From the human T2T-CHM13v2.0 reference genome, Homo sapiens: 64,000 nucleotides of DNA. Shown in pieces: positions 62,530-64,000 of this stretch. The translations under genes were made by a program, and so were the position numbers. Positions within the stretch are counted from its first letter, which is position 1; every line of letters starts with the position of its first letter. The notes beneath the pieces are model-generated. The model was not told the DNA's origin. It saw nothing but the letters and a program-made list of their open reading frames with translations, and ran no database searches. Location: NCBI RefSeq assembly GCF_009914755.1, contig NC_060946.1; one strand, written 5' to 3'.

Positions 62530-62935
62530 GACTTATTATGAGGAATTGACTTACACTATTATGGAGGCTGAGAAGTTCCATGACCTGCCATCTGCAAGCT
62601 GGAGACTCAGGAGAGTGGGTAGTGCAATTCCAGTCTGTGTCCAAAGGCCTGGGAACCAAGGGGCCTCGAGGTGTAAATCCCAGTTGAAGGGCAGGAGAAG
62701 ATGAGATGAGATCTGCCCACGCAGGCAGGCAGGAAGCAAAAGGGGCAGATTCTTTCTCCTTTTGTTCTACTCAGGCCCTCAAGGGATTGGCTGAGGCCCC
62801 CGTACATTAGGAAGAGAAGTCTGCTCTACTGAGCCCACAGATTCAAATGCTTGTCTCATCTGCAAACACCCAGAAACACTGTTTAATCTGGGCACCCAGT
62901 GGCCCAGTCAAGTTGACACATAGAATCCACCACCA
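62530..62935 (-). mobile_element. MLT2 (ERVL) LTR
   Basis: ttattatgaggaattgacttacac...ggaggctgagaagttccatgacctgccatctgcaagctggagac...ggcccagtcaagttgacacata. Confidence 0.8.
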
Positions 62936-63152
62936 TGGAGTAGAGAGAAGTCACAGAATCAGACTGCTTGGGTTCAAATCCTGGCTCTGTTCTGTGACCT
63001 TGGCCAAGGTACTCAAATGACCAATTCTCTAGTTTTCTCATCTCTGCAGTGGGGGAGTAATAGTGCTTACCTCAAAGGGTTATTCAGATTTTGGTAATTG
63101 GCTGTTGAGCTATTCAGATTTTCTAATTCTTATGTCAATTAATCATTTCAAG

Positions 63153-63442
<290 letters not shown>

Positions 63443-63582
63443 AGCGTTTCAAGTTTTTAAGAGAATGTGTCCATTTCCCCTTCTCTTTTTATTTTATTTT
63501 TATTTTTATATATATTTTTAAATTTGAATTGCTTCTCTCTTTTTCTTGATTAGTTTTACTACTGGCTTTTCTATATTCCAAC

Positions 63583-63592
63583 TTTTTTCTTT

Positions 63593-63623
<31 letters not shown>

Positions 63624-64000
63624 TTTTTTTATTGATAATTCTTGGGTGTTTCTCACAGAGGGGGATTTGGCAGGGTCATGGGACAATAGTGGAGGGAAGG
63701 TCAGCAGACAAACAAGTGAACAAAGGTCTCTGGTTTTCCTAGGCAGAGGACCCTGCGGCCTTCCGCAGTGTTTGTGTCCCTGGTTACTTGAGATTAGGGA
63801 GTGGTGATGACTCTTAATGAGCATGCTGCCTTCAAGCATCTGTTTAACAAAGCACATCTTGCACCGCCCTTGATCCATTTAACTCTGAGTGGACACAGCA
63901 CATGTTTCAGAGAGCACAGGGTTGGGGGTAAGGTCACAGATCAACAGGATCCCAAGGCAGAGGAATTTTTCTTAGTGCAGAACAAAATGAAAAGTCTCCC
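63583..64000 (-). mobile_element. SVA retrotransposon, 3' end (SINE-R plus poly(A)); runs off the window edge
   Basis: (TTTA)n/T tail, then attgataattcttgggtgtttctcacagagggggatttggcagggtc...ttagtgcagaacaaaatgaaaagtctccc, the HERV-K LTR-derived SINE-R. Confidence 0.95.

Overview
This is human (hominid) genomic DNA from inside SFI1, the centrin-binding centriole protein gene, on the + strand. I could splice 13 internal coding exons (1320-62217, 1452 nt) into one open frame made of Sfi1 repeats with a 33-aa period; the start and stop codons lie outside the window. The introns are extremely Alu-rich (about 90 pieces by eye, roughly 35-40% of the window) and also contain L1, L2, MIR, ERV1/MaLR/ERVL LTRs, MER2, MER58, two ribosomal-protein processed pseudogenes (RPS26 antisense, RPS18 sense) and the 3' end of an antisense SVA at the right edge. 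The best observations are: (1) a U12 minor-spliceosome intron at 48011-50999, with a read-through ORF plus AATAAA behind its donor; (2) a 93-nt in-frame exon carrying the only Trp-less Sfi1 repeat; (3) an Alu and the RPS18 pseudogene enclosed by one target-site duplication (TSD); (4) an 80-bp duplication that post-dates an AluY; (5) closely spaced inverted Alus; (6) a young-looking SVA. I found no evidence of a new multi-gene system. Most ORFs in the supplied track are Alu/L1/L2 translation artefacts. Exon boundaries were counted by hand; repeat boundaries and subfamily names are approximate and by eye. Residue numbers assume 92 coding nt upstream of 1320, recalled from the canonical 1242-aa protein.
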